Made by a program: the position numbers and the translations under genes. DNA of 64,000 nt from IMG/VR virus record IMGVR_UViG_2540341127_000002, positions 1,290 to 65,289 of that record; one strand, 5' to 3'. This stretch comes from a virus. Its lineage: Duplodnaviria > Caudoviricetes. Positions 29,192-39,618 of the stretch are shown in pieces. A model generated the notes under the pieces. The model was not told where the DNA came from and did not search any database. It saw only the letters and a list, made by a program, of their open reading frames with translations. Numbering within the stretch: position 1 is the stretch's first letter; each line of letters begins with the position of its first letter.

Positions 29192-29851
29192 ATGGCGGGC
29201 GAAGGGGCAAACTCAGTGGAAAAAAAAGAACCCCTGCCGTTGGCTGAGGCGGGCAAGAATTGGCGGGAGCGTCGCCGCACCGAGGCGCAGTGGTATATCG
29301 TCGAGGCGGTCGAGGGGAAGGATTTCAGGGTTTACGGCGAGCTCGCCGCGATGGGCTATGAATGCTTTCGGCCGGTCGATAGGGTGATCATCACGCGACG
29401 GGTTATGGTCGGCGGCGTGTTGAAGCCGCAAAAGACCGAGCGCAAGATCCCGCGCTTCGGGCGCTATGTGTTTCTGCACCACGTCATGTCTGCGTCGGTG
29501 CGTTCGGCCATCCATGATTTGCCGGAGGTGAAGCGCTTCGTCTGCCTTGCTGGGACGGAAGAGCCGGCGAGCATTCCGGATGCGCTGATCGAATTCTACC
29601 GCAAAGGATTTGAAGGCGAGGCCAAGGAAATCGATCGCGAGTTCTCGCCGACCGATAAGGTGCGTATCGCGATCGGGCCGGCGACAGGCGTGATCGGCGT
29701 GGTGAAGGGGATTTCAGGCCTAGCGGCGCGGTTTGAACCGCGGGACAAGGCGTGCGGACCGCTGGTCGTGCCGCTGGCGCATCTCGAACTGGTTGAGAAG
29801 GGCGTCGGGCGGGTCGCCGAGGCGCATAAGCGCAAGGTCGCGCATGCGTGA
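29192..29851 (+). CDS. NusG-like antitermination protein
   Basis: WYIVEA, PRFGRYVF, IPDALIE, DKVRIAIGP (KOW); position before late genes. Confidence 0.82.
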   Translation: MAGEGANSVEKKEPLPLAEAGKNWRERRRTEAQWYIVEAVEGKDFRVYGELAAMGYECFRPVDRVIITRRVMVGGVLKPQKTERKIPRFGRYVFLHHVMSASVRSAIHDLPEVKRFVCLAGTEEPASIPDALIEFYRKGFEGEAKEIDREFSPTDKVRIAIGPATGVIGVVKGISGLAARFEPRDKACGPLVVPLAHLELVEKGVGRVAEAHKRKVAHA

Positions 29852-30211
29852 AACGGCGTTGTCCACAAGGCGACGCCAAGCCTGGCAAAGGCGTCGGCGT
29901 CAACCCGGTCAAACGATCTTTAGTCGCGAGTTGACTCTTTCGCCGAGTCGGGCGTAACCCTAAAAACATTCGGCGGCGCGTCGTCGAGTCGAGTTTGAGA
30001 CGCGCTACCGCAGAACCGGGCGCTAGGCGCCGGCGATGAGCCGGAGGTCTCCGAAGGGGAAGCGGGACAGACGCCGAACCATAGGCTCTCGGCCGCCACG
30101 CAAATAGGTCGAGACGTATCGCGCGGGCGCCATGCTCCGCATCCGAAGCGCGATACGTGAACGCCGCAGCCCCGCGCAAGCGCCGGGCGCGAAGTGCGAA
30201 GCTTTCCAGAC

Positions 30212-30577
30212 ATGTTGAGATCAAGGCGACATAAGCTTGCGCCGAGTCGCGCTGGCAAACTCGTCGTCCGCAAGCGGGCGGATGAGTTTTATCTCTCGAA
30301 AGCCTGGAAGGATTTTGGGGCTGGGATCATCAAGGCGCGTGGGCGGCGCTGCGAATCCTGCGGCAAGACGCGCGAGGCGGACGGAACGCCAGTGAAGCTG
30401 GTCGTCGATCACACCATCGAGCGGCTCGATGGCGGCGATGATCTTGATCCAGGCAACGTCAAGTTGATGTGCGTGCGCGAAGGCGGTAATGGCCAGCCAC
30501 ATGCGGATGGTGTGCTGGGCTGCTGTCATCCGCGCAAGACCGCGCAGGCGCGCGCCGACCGGTTGAGGCTCCTCTGA
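30212..30577 (+). CDS. Packaging-associated HNH endonuclease
   Basis: FYLSKAW, RCESCG, VDHTIERLDGG..LDPGNVKLMC, CH.RKT. Confidence 0.85.
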   Translation: MLRSRRHKLAPSRAGKLVVRKRADEFYLSKAWKDFGAGIIKARGRRCESCGKTREADGTPVKLVVDHTIERLDGGDDLDPGNVKLMCVREGGNGQPHADGVLGCCHPRKTAQARADRLRLL

Positions 30578-30660
30578 TGGAGGGGGGGTCAAATCTCTAG
30601 CACCCGAAGGGGTCTTCACCACATAGGTTTTCATGCGCGCAAAATTTTTTTGGAGAGCAA
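30578..30660. other. Probable cos region
   Basis: ggagggggggtcaaatctcta...cgcgcaaaattttttt between HNH and terS, the usual position in HK97-like phages. Confidence 0.55.
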
Positions 30661-30699
30661 AAGGTTTGATTAGGTGCGTTTGATTGGCGGAATTCAAAG

Positions 30700-31344
30700 A
30701 TGAGTAACGACGCCAGCGGAAACAGCCCAAAATCAAAGCGCGGCGGCAAGCGACCCGGAGCCGGCAGGAAGCCCAAGGGTTATGTGAAGCCGGCTGCGAT
30801 TAGCCAATTGAATCGGGTTCAGGCGCTTGCTTCAGAGCCGCCGGTCGAAATCGACAGCGTGGCGCAAACGCATGCCAAGGACGCGATCGAGGCGTTCGTA
30901 AAAATCCTATTCAATGGCAGCAGCGAGCCGGCCCGGATCTCCGCGGCGAAAGAAATCCTCGATCGCGGTTATGGAAAGCCTGCGGTAGAGATCGGCGGCG
31001 ACGCGGCGCCGATGCTGCCTTTCATGATGCGGCCGACCAGCAACGATACGATCTCGGTCACCGAGGAGGTCAGACTGGAGGCGCGCCGCTACGCCAATCT
31101 GGCGATCAAGACGCTGCACACAATTGCCACCAACGGCGCAAGCGAAACTGCCGTCGCTAGCGCCGCTAAAGCCCTTCTTGACAGGGGCCTCGGCACAGTC
31201 GGCAAAGCGCGTATGATCGAAGATCAAAAGCCCGACCGGCTCGGCAAGAAAGAGGAAATTCGTCGCGCCGCCGTCGAGGCCACCGCCTCCGGCATCTTCT
31301 CGCCGCGCCAGCCGCCGCGAAATCCTGTCGCTAGAGCGCAATGA
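30700..31344 (+). CDS. terS: Terminase small subunit (atypical, internally duplicated)
   Basis: RGGKRPGAGRKP start; LGKKEE end motif; coupled to terL. Confidence 0.75.
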   Translation: MSNDASGNSPKSKRGGKRPGAGRKPKGYVKPAAISQLNRVQALASEPPVEIDSVAQTHAKDAIEAFVKILFNGSSEPARISAAKEILDRGYGKPAVEIGGDAAPMLPFMMRPTSNDTISVTEEVRLEARRYANLAIKTLHTIATNGASETAVASAAKALLDRGLGTVGKARMIEDQKPDRLGKKEEIRRAAVEATASGIFSPRQPPRNPVARAQ

Positions 31345-33110
31345 TCCGATGGTCGACGGCGTGCCCGGACTGGCAAGAACGCATTGTCCAGGGCCGCTCG
31401 CTTATCCCGTTCCCGCCGCTCTTTCCGGAAGAAGCGCGGGTCGCGCTCGACCTTTTCAAATCGCTGCCGATCGTCGACGCGGTCGGTAAGCCGACATTCG
31501 GCCAATGCGCGCGCCCGTTCATCACCGATTTCGTGAGCGCGATTTTTGGATCATACGATCCCGAGACCGGCGAGCAGCTGATCAATAAATTCTTCGAGCT
31601 GATATCGAAAAAAAACGGAAAAAGCACAAAGTCCGCCGGCATCATGCTGACCGCGCTGGCGCGTAATTTTCGCGAGTCGGGCGAATTTTACATTCTCGCG
31701 CCATCTAAGGAAGTCGCCGACAACGCCTATACGCCGGCACGCGACATGGTGAATTCGCATCCCATGCTCTCGGCGATCATGAAACCGCGCCCAGGCCGCG
31801 TCATCGAACATCTGACCACCGGCGCCTTCATCAAGGTCATCGCGGCCGATACCGAAGTCGTCACCGGCAAAAAGACGATTGGCCTGCTGGTCGAAGAACT
31901 GCATGTGTTTGGCCAGATGGCGCGCGCCGCCAATTTGTTGATGGAAATCGAAGGCGGCCTGGCGTCGCGGCCGGAAGGCTTCGTGATCTATCTGTCGACC
32001 ATGGCCGATGGCCCGCCGAGCGGCGTGTTCGCTGAAAAGCTCGAGGAGTTTCGCGCGATCCGCGACGGCAAGATTGTCGTGCCGAATAGTCTTCCCGTTC
32101 TCTACGAATTTCCATCCGATCTCTTAAAAAATGACGCGTTCCGCCGACCTGAAAACTGGCATGTCACCAATCCCAATCTCGGTGTTTCGGTCAGCGAGTC
32201 CTATCTCGCCCAGAAACTTGCGGAAGCCGAACGCGCCGGCCGCGCGCGCCTGAACGGGTTCTTCGCCAAGCATCTCAACGTCCAAATCACCATGGCGCTG
32301 CGCGCCGATGGCTGGACCGGTGCGTTGATCTGGGCCCGCGGCGGGGCGCCGGGGCTGACGCTCGACGATATCCTGGCGCGCTGCGAAATCGTCACGGTCG
32401 GCATCGACGGCGGCGGGTTAGACGACATCCTCGGCGTCGCCGTCGTCGGCCGCGAGAAAGGCACGAACCGCTGGCTTGCCTGGACGCACGGGTTGATTTC
32501 GACGATCGGCGTCTGGCGGCGTAAGGCCAATGCCGCGGAATATCTGTCGTTCAAGAGGGCCGGCGACCTGACTGTGTTTCGCTTCGGCCATATTGACGAG
32601 CGGGAAATCGACGAAGACTCCGACCTGGCCGATATTTTCGCTGACGTCCCGGCGGCGGTCGACGATCCTGAAGCGCTACCGCACGACATTCAATTCGTCG
32701 TCGATCTCGTTGCGCGGATCCGCGACGCGGGACTTTTGGCTGAGGTCGGCGTCGACGCGGCCGGCATCGGCGCCATCGTCGACGCACTGGCCGGCATCGG
32801 CGTCACCCAGGACGCCGGGACGCTGGACGCGGTTCGCCAGGGCATTGGCTTGATGGGGCCGATCAAGACCGTCGAGCGCAAACTCGCTGACGGCAGCTTT
32901 CGTCACGGAGATCAGCCCTTGCTGAATTACTGCGTCGCCAATCTCAAAATCGTCCCGACCTCGACGGCGATTCGCGTCGCGCGTGACGAAGCTGGTCTCG
33001 GCAAGATCGACGTGGCGATGGCGATGTTCAACGCTGTTTCGCTGATGACGCTGAACCCAGAATCATCGAGCGCCATTCCCGATGATTATGACCTGGCGGT
33101 GTGGGCGTGA
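31341..33110 (+). CDS. terL: Terminase large subunit
   Basis: SKKNGKST Walker A, LVEELH Walker B, GIDGGGLDD nuclease motif, KID. Confidence 0.95.
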   Translation: MIRWSTACPDWQERIVQGRSLIPFPPLFPEEARVALDLFKSLPIVDAVGKPTFGQCARPFITDFVSAIFGSYDPETGEQLINKFFELISKKNGKSTKSAGIMLTALARNFRESGEFYILAPSKEVADNAYTPARDMVNSHPMLSAIMKPRPGRVIEHLTTGAFIKVIAADTEVVTGKKTIGLLVEELHVFGQMARAANLLMEIEGGLASRPEGFVIYLSTMADGPPSGVFAEKLEEFRAIRDGKIVVPNSLPVLYEFPSDLLKNDAFRRPENWHVTNPNLGVSVSESYLAQKLAEAERAGRARLNGFFAKHLNVQITMALRADGWTGALIWARGGAPGLTLDDILARCEIVTVGIDGGGLDDILGVAVVGREKGTNRWLAWTHGLISTIGVWRRKANAAEYLSFKRAGDLTVFRFGHIDEREIDEDSDLADIFADVPAAVDDPEALPHDIQFVVDLVARIRDAGLLAEVGVDAAGIGAIVDALAGIGVTQDAGTLDAVRQGIGLMGPIKTVERKLADGSFRHGDQPLLNYCVANLKIVPTSTAIRVARDEAGLGKIDVAMAMFNAVSLMTLNPESSSAIPDDYDLAVWA

Positions 33111-34429
33111 AATTTTGGCAAGGCTGGTTTGGGGGCGCCGAGGCCTCGGACGACCGCTATGTCGACGACTGGCTCAAGGGAATGGAGCGCGGTATCGCGT
33201 CCGCGACCGGTCTGCGCGTGACTGTCGAGAACGCGTTGACGGTGCCCGGAATCTCCGGCTGCGTTCAGGTGCAATCCGAGGATATCGCGAAAGTTCCGCT
33301 GGAGCTCAAGCGGCGGTCCGACGATGGCTATGCGCCTGCGACCGAGCACCGGCTCTATTCGCTCCTGAAATATGGTCCGGCGCCGTGGCTCTCGCCCTAT
33401 AAGTGGCGCAAGGCGATGGCGCATGTTGTCATGACCAGAGGCAACGCCTATTCGCGCGTCTGGCGCGACAGCATCGGTATGACCGAGAAAATCACGCCGG
33501 TCCAAACCGGCCGTTGCTCGGTGCGATGGGCGGATGACGGCGAACCCTTCTTCGACATCACATTGAAGGGCGTCGTCGAGCGCGGATTGACCTGGCAAGA
33601 CGTTATCCACGTCGGATACCGCGACTCCGATCAATGCGCCGAAAACGGCGGCGTCATCGGCGTTTCGCCGATTGAGCAGAACAAGGAGACGGTGGCGCTG
33701 ATGATCGCGGCGGAGCGCTTCGCCGCGGCATTCTTCGCGAACGGCGCGCAACCGTCGATGATTCTCGAATATGACAAGAAGCTGCCCAATGACGAAGTCG
33801 CGAAGCGCATCCGCGCCGGCATTGAACGCGTCTATGGCGGGCTCGACAACAAATGGAAGGTCGCGATCCTCGAGCTGGGGATCAAGATGCGCGAGACGTC
33901 CTTTGATCCGGCGAAAACGCAGCTGGTCGAAACCCGCAAGCTCGGCGGCGAGATGGCCTGCACGATGTTTCGCACGCCGCCGCACAAGATCGGCATTCTC
34001 GACAAAGCGACGTTCAGTAATATCGAGCAACAAAGCATCGACTATGTGACTGGTCCGCTCTCGTCGCTCGCCAAGTCGATCGAGTCGGCAATTACGATCG
34101 CGTGCCTGACGCCGCCGGAGCGCGAGATTTACAAGGTCGAGCACAATCTCGAAGGCCTGATGCGCGGCGATCTTCTTAGCCGCTATCGCGCTTATGCCAT
34201 GGGTCGTCAGTGGGGCTGGCTGTCGGTCAATGATGTGCGTGACCGCGAGAATGAAAATCGCATCGGATCTCAGGGCGACGAATATCTCGTGCCGCTCAAC
34301 ATGATACCGGCAAACGACAAGCCGGACCAGCGCGACGACCAGAACGCATGGATGGAAGGTGACGTCCGCTATGCGTCGCCGCCGGCGCAAGTCAATGGCC
34401 GCACACATCTCCCCAACGATCTGAACTGA
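33107..34429 (+). CDS. HK97-family portal protein
   Basis: RGNAY, GVSPI, FFANGAQP, ATFSNIEQQ, SVNDVR. Confidence 0.95.
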   Translation: MKFWQGWFGGAEASDDRYVDDWLKGMERGIASATGLRVTVENALTVPGISGCVQVQSEDIAKVPLELKRRSDDGYAPATEHRLYSLLKYGPAPWLSPYKWRKAMAHVVMTRGNAYSRVWRDSIGMTEKITPVQTGRCSVRWADDGEPFFDITLKGVVERGLTWQDVIHVGYRDSDQCAENGGVIGVSPIEQNKETVALMIAAERFAAAFFANGAQPSMILEYDKKLPNDEVAKRIRAGIERVYGGLDNKWKVAILELGIKMRETSFDPAKTQLVETRKLGGEMACTMFRTPPHKIGILDKATFSNIEQQSIDYVTGPLSSLAKSIESAITIACLTPPEREIYKVEHNLEGLMRGDLLSRYRAYAMGRQWGWLSVNDVRDRENENRIGSQGDEYLVPLNMIPANDKPDQRDDQNAWMEGDVRYASPPAQVNGRTHLPNDLN

Positions 34430-34438
34430 GGTCACACC

Positions 34439-35449
34439 ATGGACGAGAATGGAGGCGGGCTGCCGGACGGCGGCGCGGTGACGCTTGCTGCGACAGCGGC
34501 TACTTCGGACAACCGGTCGGCGCCCGCGCCATCGCCCGCGCCCGGCGTGCGCCGCTATCCGCGCGTCGCCAGCGCCCTCACCGGTGAACCCTGGGCGATC
34601 GTTCCTTCCGAGCTCCATAAAATCGCGGCGATCGTTTCGCGCCATTCGATTGACGCCGGCAAGCAGGACGGCCCGCCCGCCTATATCAAGCGCGATTATG
34701 AGGTCATGGCTGGCCCTGGTGCGCAAAAGCTCCCCGGTGCGAGTCGCGCCTTTCTGATCGACGGCGTCGCTATTCTGCCAATCACCGGCCCGATCTTTCC
34801 GCGCGCCAATATGATGACGGAATTCTCCGGCGCGACATCGATCAGCACGCTGACCGACGATTATCGCAAGGCGCTGGAGAGTCCAGATGTCGGCGCTATC
34901 CTGCTGATGCTCGACAGCCCCGGCGGCGCCGTCTCTGGCGTCAACGCTTTCGCGGACATCGTGTCGGCCGGAAAGAAGAAGAAATACACCACGGCCTTCG
35001 TCGCCGGCGCCGCCGCGTCTGCGGCCTATTGGATCGCGAGCGCTGCGAGCGACATCGCGATGGAGCGAACCGCAATGGTCGGCTCGATCGGCGTCGTCGC
35101 GGCGATCCCCGCGCAAGTCGCTCCAGACGCCGACGGCGAGCTATGGATCGAAATCGTCTCCAGCAATGCGCCGAAGAAGCGGCCGGACCCGCTTTCCGAA
35201 GACGGGCGTGGTGAAGTCGTGTCGATGCTCGACGCGATCGAGGCGCAGTTCATCGCCGATATCGCGCGCGGCCGCGGCGTCTCGGTAGACAAGGTCAAAT
35301 CTGAGTTCGGTCAAGGCGGCGTGATGATCGGCGCCGCGGCGGTGAGGGCGGGCATGGCGGACAAGGTCCAGAGCTATGACGCCACCCTCTCCGGGCTGCG
35401 CCGCATGGTCGCCAACAATCGAAAACTATCAGCCCTCAAAAGGGCCTGA
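34439..35449 (+). CDS. S49-family prohead protease
   Basis: LDSPGG, AASAAYWIASA, VGSIGV. Confidence 0.93.
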   Translation: MDENGGGLPDGGAVTLAATAATSDNRSAPAPSPAPGVRRYPRVASALTGEPWAIVPSELHKIAAIVSRHSIDAGKQDGPPAYIKRDYEVMAGPGAQKLPGASRAFLIDGVAILPITGPIFPRANMMTEFSGATSISTLTDDYRKALESPDVGAILLMLDSPGGAVSGVNAFADIVSAGKKKKYTTAFVAGAAASAAYWIASAASDIAMERTAMVGSIGVVAAIPAQVAPDADGELWIEIVSSNAPKKRPDPLSEDGRGEVVSMLDAIEAQFIADIARGRGVSVDKVKSEFGQGGVMIGAAAVRAGMADKVQSYDATLSGLRRMVANNRKLSALKRA

Positions 35450-35491
35450 GCTGGCGCATTCGCGCTTTTTACTGGCCGAAAGGAGACTCCA

Positions 35492-36826
35492 ATGGCCGAT
35501 ATCGTGACCCTTCGCCAGAACCGCGCGAAGGCATATGAGAAGATGGAAGCGAGCCTCGCGGCCGACGATTCCGACACGCGTCAGGCGGACTTTGACGCTG
35601 CCGCGGCGGAGGTCGAAGCGCTCGATCGTGAGATTGCCAACGCCGAACGCGTCCAGCGCCTGAAGGGCGACGGCGCGGTCGGCACGCTCGAGTCTGGCGA
35701 TCCGAACGCAATTCCGGCGCGCGGTTTTATGGCGAAATATCGCAACATGCCGGGGGCGAATGAGAAGCGCCCGGGAGCCATCCTTACGAGCGCGCAGTCG
35801 GCAGCCTTTGGCGATCTGTTGATGGCGACGCGCCGCGCCAAAATCACCGGCCAGGTCGATCCGCTGCTTATTGAAGCTTCGCAGGGTGCGAATGAGGCTA
35901 TCGCCGAAGACGGCGGGTTCCTTGTCGAGAAGGACATCGCCGATGGTCTGCTGATGCGGACCTTTGCGCAGGCCAATCTTGCGAGCAAAGTTCGTCGCAT
36001 CCCGATCTCGGCGCGGTCCAACGGCGTCAAGATCAATGCGCTCAAGGACGATTCTCGCGCGACCGGCGCGCGCTGGGGTGGCATGCAGACCTATTGGATT
36101 GGCGAGGGCGACTCCCTCACCCCGACGCGTCCGAAGTTCCGCCAGATGAACCTTCAGCTCAAGAAGCTCGCCGGCATGCTGTATGCGACAAGCGAAGCTC
36201 TCGCGGACGCGACGGCGCTGTCGTCGATTATCTCTGAGGCGTTCCCCACCGAATTCTCTTTCATGATCGACGATGCGATCTTCGAAGGCGGCGGCGTGTC
36301 CAATCCGCTCGGCTTCATGAATGCCGGCTGCAAGGTGACGGTCGCCAAAGAGGCGGGCCAGGCCGCGAAGACGATCGAATTCGACAATATCACCAAGATG
36401 TGGGCGCGCTTGCCGGCGCGTTCGATGGCCAGCGCGGAGTGGTGGATCAACCAGGACACGCTGCCGCAGTTGATGGGCCTGAACATGGTCATTGGCACCG
36501 GCGGCATTCCGGTCTACCTGCCGCCCGGCGGGCTGTCGCAATCGCCTTATGGCACGCTGATGGGCCGCCCGGTGATTCCGATGGAATACTGCTCGACGCT
36601 CGGCGCCGAGGGCGACATCGTTCTCGCCGATCCGACGAACTACGTCATGATCGACAAGGGCGATATCCAATACGCCACGTCCATTCATGTCGCCTTCGTG
36701 ACCGATGAGCAGGCGTTCCGGTTTATCTACCGCTGTGATGGACAGCCGGTCGACGACAAGCCGATCACGCCGTTCAAAGGCACCGACAAGCAGTCGACCT
36801 TCATCACGCTGGCGCCCCGCGCTTAA
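35492..36826 (+). CDS. HK97-fold major capsid protein
   Basis: DGGFLV, WIGEG, GTLMGRPV, FVTDEQAFRF..RCDGQP. Confidence 0.95.
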   Translation: MADIVTLRQNRAKAYEKMEASLAADDSDTRQADFDAAAAEVEALDREIANAERVQRLKGDGAVGTLESGDPNAIPARGFMAKYRNMPGANEKRPGAILTSAQSAAFGDLLMATRRAKITGQVDPLLIEASQGANEAIAEDGGFLVEKDIADGLLMRTFAQANLASKVRRIPISARSNGVKINALKDDSRATGARWGGMQTYWIGEGDSLTPTRPKFRQMNLQLKKLAGMLYATSEALADATALSSIISEAFPTEFSFMIDDAIFEGGGVSNPLGFMNAGCKVTVAKEAGQAAKTIEFDNITKMWARLPARSMASAEWWINQDTLPQLMGLNMVIGTGGIPVYLPPGGLSQSPYGTLMGRPVIPMEYCSTLGAEGDIVLADPTNYVMIDKGDIQYATSIHVAFVTDEQAFRFIYRCDGQPVDDKPITPFKGTDKQSTFITLAPRA

Positions 36827-36911
36827 TCCACCGTCCAACGACACGATCATCTGACGCCCGGACGCTGAGTCCGGACGTCCTTCCCAACTTTCCTCCAGGA
36901 AGGATTTGCAT

Positions 36912-37385
36912 ATGTCGAATCTTACATTCGGCGCGCGCCATATCGTCAAGGGACTCGACGCTGTCGCCGACGCCTTCGCCGGCACGGTCTATTCCGACGT
37001 CGTCAATATGAAAGCGTATGCCGCCGCTCGGTTCATCGTCCATAAGGGCGTCGGGACCACCGGCACGTCGACGCTCACGCTCGAAGCATGCGACGATGCG
37101 GCTGGCAACAATCCCGTCGCGATCCCGTTCAGCTACCAGGTCTACGCTGGCGCTGACGATGTTCCCGCTGACGTCGTGAACGCCACTGCGGCCGGATTTG
37201 CGACAACTGCCGGCTCAAGCCAGCTCTATGTGCTCGAGGCGGAGTCGCAGCGCATGCCTGCGGCGAAGCCATGGTTGCGGTTGAAAGCTGTCGAAGTCGT
37301 GGATTCCCCCGTGCTTGGCGGCGTTTTGATCGAACTGCTGAAGCCCCGCTATGCGCGTCACGTTCCGGATACCGCGATCGCCTGA
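36912..37385 (+). CDS. Putative capsid accessory protein
   Basis: Position after capsid gene; RBS. Confidence 0.65.
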   Translation: MSNLTFGARHIVKGLDAVADAFAGTVYSDVVNMKAYAAARFIVHKGVGTTGTSTLTLEACDDAAGNNPVAIPFSYQVYAGADDVPADVVNATAAGFATTAGSSQLYVLEAESQRMPAAKPWLRLKAVEVVDSPVLGGVLIELLKPRYARHVPDTAIA

Positions 37386-37456
37386 TCTGCGGCGCCCTGG
37401 CCCCCCTGTTTCGCTTTCACAGCGGCCCGTAAGGGTCGGAACAAGGATTCTTCATT

Positions 37457-38164
37457 ATGGCCACTCGTTCACGATTCGCCGCCGGCATCCTGACGTTCTT
37501 CGATCGCACGACGCGGGAAACGGTTCTTCCGCTTGCGCCGGTGTTCTTCGAAGATGATTTTCTCGGGCCGGCGCTCGACACCACGAAATGGACGGCGCTC
37601 GACACTGGAGCCGCGACGGAAGCCGTCGTGGCCGATTTGGCCAACGGCGCCGTCGGCCTCGCGCTCGACGCAACAAACGAAGTTCAGCTCGCCGGCATTT
37701 CTTGGAATGACCAGCGCACACTGGCGCTCGCCCAGGGCCTCATTCTTGAGGCGCGGTTCCGTCTTTCTGTCCTCCCTTCAGCGGCGAGCGTGATTGCGGT
37801 GATCGGACTGCAGGGCGATCACAACGCCGCCGTCGACACGGTCGCGGAGTCGATTTGGTTCCGCGCCGACGGCAATGGGCAGATCACGGTCGAGAGCGAC
37901 GACACGAGCCATGAAACGTCGAAAGTCGCCACTGGCGTCACCGTCACCACGGCGGATTGGGTCATTGGCAAGATCGACTGCACAGACATTGCCGATGTGA
38001 AATTCTACATCAACGGCAATCGCGTCGCTGAAGGCACGACCTTCAATATGAGTCAGGTCGCCGGCTTGGCGCTGCAGCCGGTCGCGCGCATCAGCAAGAG
38101 CGCCGCGACGTCGGTCGGCACGCTGCAGGTCGACTATATTCGCGCATGGATGAACCGGGCGTAA
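37457..38164 (+). CDS. Putative virion protein (beta-rich)
   Basis: FFEDDFLG; VDYIRAW; position. Confidence 0.65.
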   Translation: MATRSRFAAGILTFFDRTTRETVLPLAPVFFEDDFLGPALDTTKWTALDTGAATEAVVADLANGAVGLALDATNEVQLAGISWNDQRTLALAQGLILEARFRLSVLPSAASVIAVIGLQGDHNAAVDTVAESIWFRADGNGQITVESDDTSHETSKVATGVTVTTADWVIGKIDCTDIADVKFYINGNRVAEGTTFNMSQVAGLALQPVARISKSAATSVGTLQVDYIRAWMNRA

Positions 38165-38170
38165 TCGCCG

Positions 38171-38800
38171 ATGTTCGCCATCTCTGCGCCAGCGTCGGAT
38201 CGCAATCTACTGACGCTCGAAGAGCTTCGCGCCGCTCTCGATCTCGACGGGACAGAAAGCGACGCGAAGCTTCTCTCGATCGGGCTGGAGATTTCCGACG
38301 CGATCGCGAATGCTTGCCGGGTTCCTGTCGACGGCGTGATCCCGGCGACGCTTCGCCGCGAAACCATCATCGATACAATGCGACTGTGCCGCGACCAGGA
38401 GCAGCTGATCATGACGCGGCGCTTCGTCGACACGATTTCCAACATCACGGTCAACGGGATCGCTCTTGATCCTGCAGAGTTTGAAGTCGACAAGGCGGCG
38501 GGGCTGGCGCGCCGCCTGTCGTCGTCAGGCTATTACGCATGCTGGCCGAGCGGGATTATCGTCATGACCTATACCGCTGGGTTCGAGACGGTCCCAAGCG
38601 CGTTGAAGGACGCGGCGAAATTGGAGCTTGTCGCGAGATGGTCGTTGTCCGATCGCGACCCCGCCATAAAAAGAGATCGCACGCAGGGACTTGGAGAAAC
38701 TGAGTATTTTCCGAGCTCCTCAGAGGAGACGGATTCGCCGCTGATCTCCCCGGATGCGCGCGCAAAAATCAGCTCATACAGCTATCAGCCGACGGTGTAG
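38171..38800 (+). CDS. Head-tail connector protein
   Basis: LLTLEELRAAL; YTAGFETVPSALKDA. Confidence 0.78.
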   Translation: MFAISAPASDRNLLTLEELRAALDLDGTESDAKLLSIGLEISDAIANACRVPVDGVIPATLRRETIIDTMRLCRDQEQLIMTRRFVDTISNITVNGIALDPAEFEVDKAAGLARRLSSSGYYACWPSGIIVMTYTAGFETVPSALKDAAKLELVARWSLSDRDPAIKRDRTQGLGETEYFPSSSEETDSPLISPDARAKISSYSYQPTV

Positions 38801-38803
38801 GAC

Positions 38804-39217
38804 ATGATCAGGCCGGGACTCTACACGATCGCCGATTATGCCCTCACAACCGCCGTGGCGGCGTTGGCGCTCTCGCCGATCGTTGATCTTGAGGGCATGG
38901 AAGAACTGTCGGTCGAGTTCAATTTCGCCTATGGCAGCGGCGGAACGAGTTTGAAGGCGTGGTTGCAGACATCGCTTTCACAAGGCACGCGCTGGCGCGA
39001 TCTCGCCTGCTTTACCGCGACAACCGCTTCCAAGAACCGCGATTTCAGCCTACGCCGGACCGCCGACACAGGATTCTGGACGCCGGGCAGCGGAACGCTC
39101 CCCGACGACACGATCGCGTCGAGCATCGTTTTTGGCGATAGGCTGCGGCTCCTGATGACGTCCGTCGGAACCTATGCCGGCGGGACTGTGCTTTCGGCGC
39201 GCGCGGCCGCCACGTGA
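38804..39217 (+). CDS. Hypothetical virion protein
   Basis: Position; FAYGSGGTS. Confidence 0.65.
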   Translation: MIRPGLYTIADYALTTAVAALALSPIVDLEGMEELSVEFNFAYGSGGTSLKAWLQTSLSQGTRWRDLACFTATTASKNRDFSLRRTADTGFWTPGSGTLPDDTIASSIVFGDRLRLLMTSVGTYAGGTVLSARAAAT

Positions 39218-39600
39218 ATATCCATCTAGCCCGGCTCAATCGCGATCTGAAGCGGAAAGGCGAGCGCATTAAACTCCGGCGCTACGCCGGAACGAACACG
39301 CAGATTTTCACAGAAGTGGACTTATTGGCGTTCGTTCGCGGCTATACGCCGCAAGAACTCGCGGCCGGCAGCGGCATTCAGGCCGTGGACAGCTTCGTGA
39401 TCCTCTCGCCAACGGCTCTATTTGCGGCGCAGTGGCCTGGCGGCCAACAGCCTCTGGAGCCGCCATTCAACCCAGATCCGCATCTGCCGAAGAAAGGCGA
39501 TCACGCCATCATTCAAGGGCGCGCGCGGACCGTGGAAGTTGCGTCGCCGATCTATGACGTCGACGAATTGGTCAGGATTGAAATGAGGGTTTTGGGTTAG
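39214..39600 (+). CDS. Putative head-closure protein
   Basis: VRGYTPQEL; LVRIEMRV; position. Confidence 0.65.
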   Translation: MNIHLARLNRDLKRKGERIKLRRYAGTNTQIFTEVDLLAFVRGYTPQELAAGSGIQAVDSFVILSPTALFAAQWPGGQQPLEPPFNPDPHLPKKGDHAIIQGRARTVEVASPIYDVDELVRIEMRVLG

Positions 39601-39618
39601 GCTGGGTTGGAGGATTCT

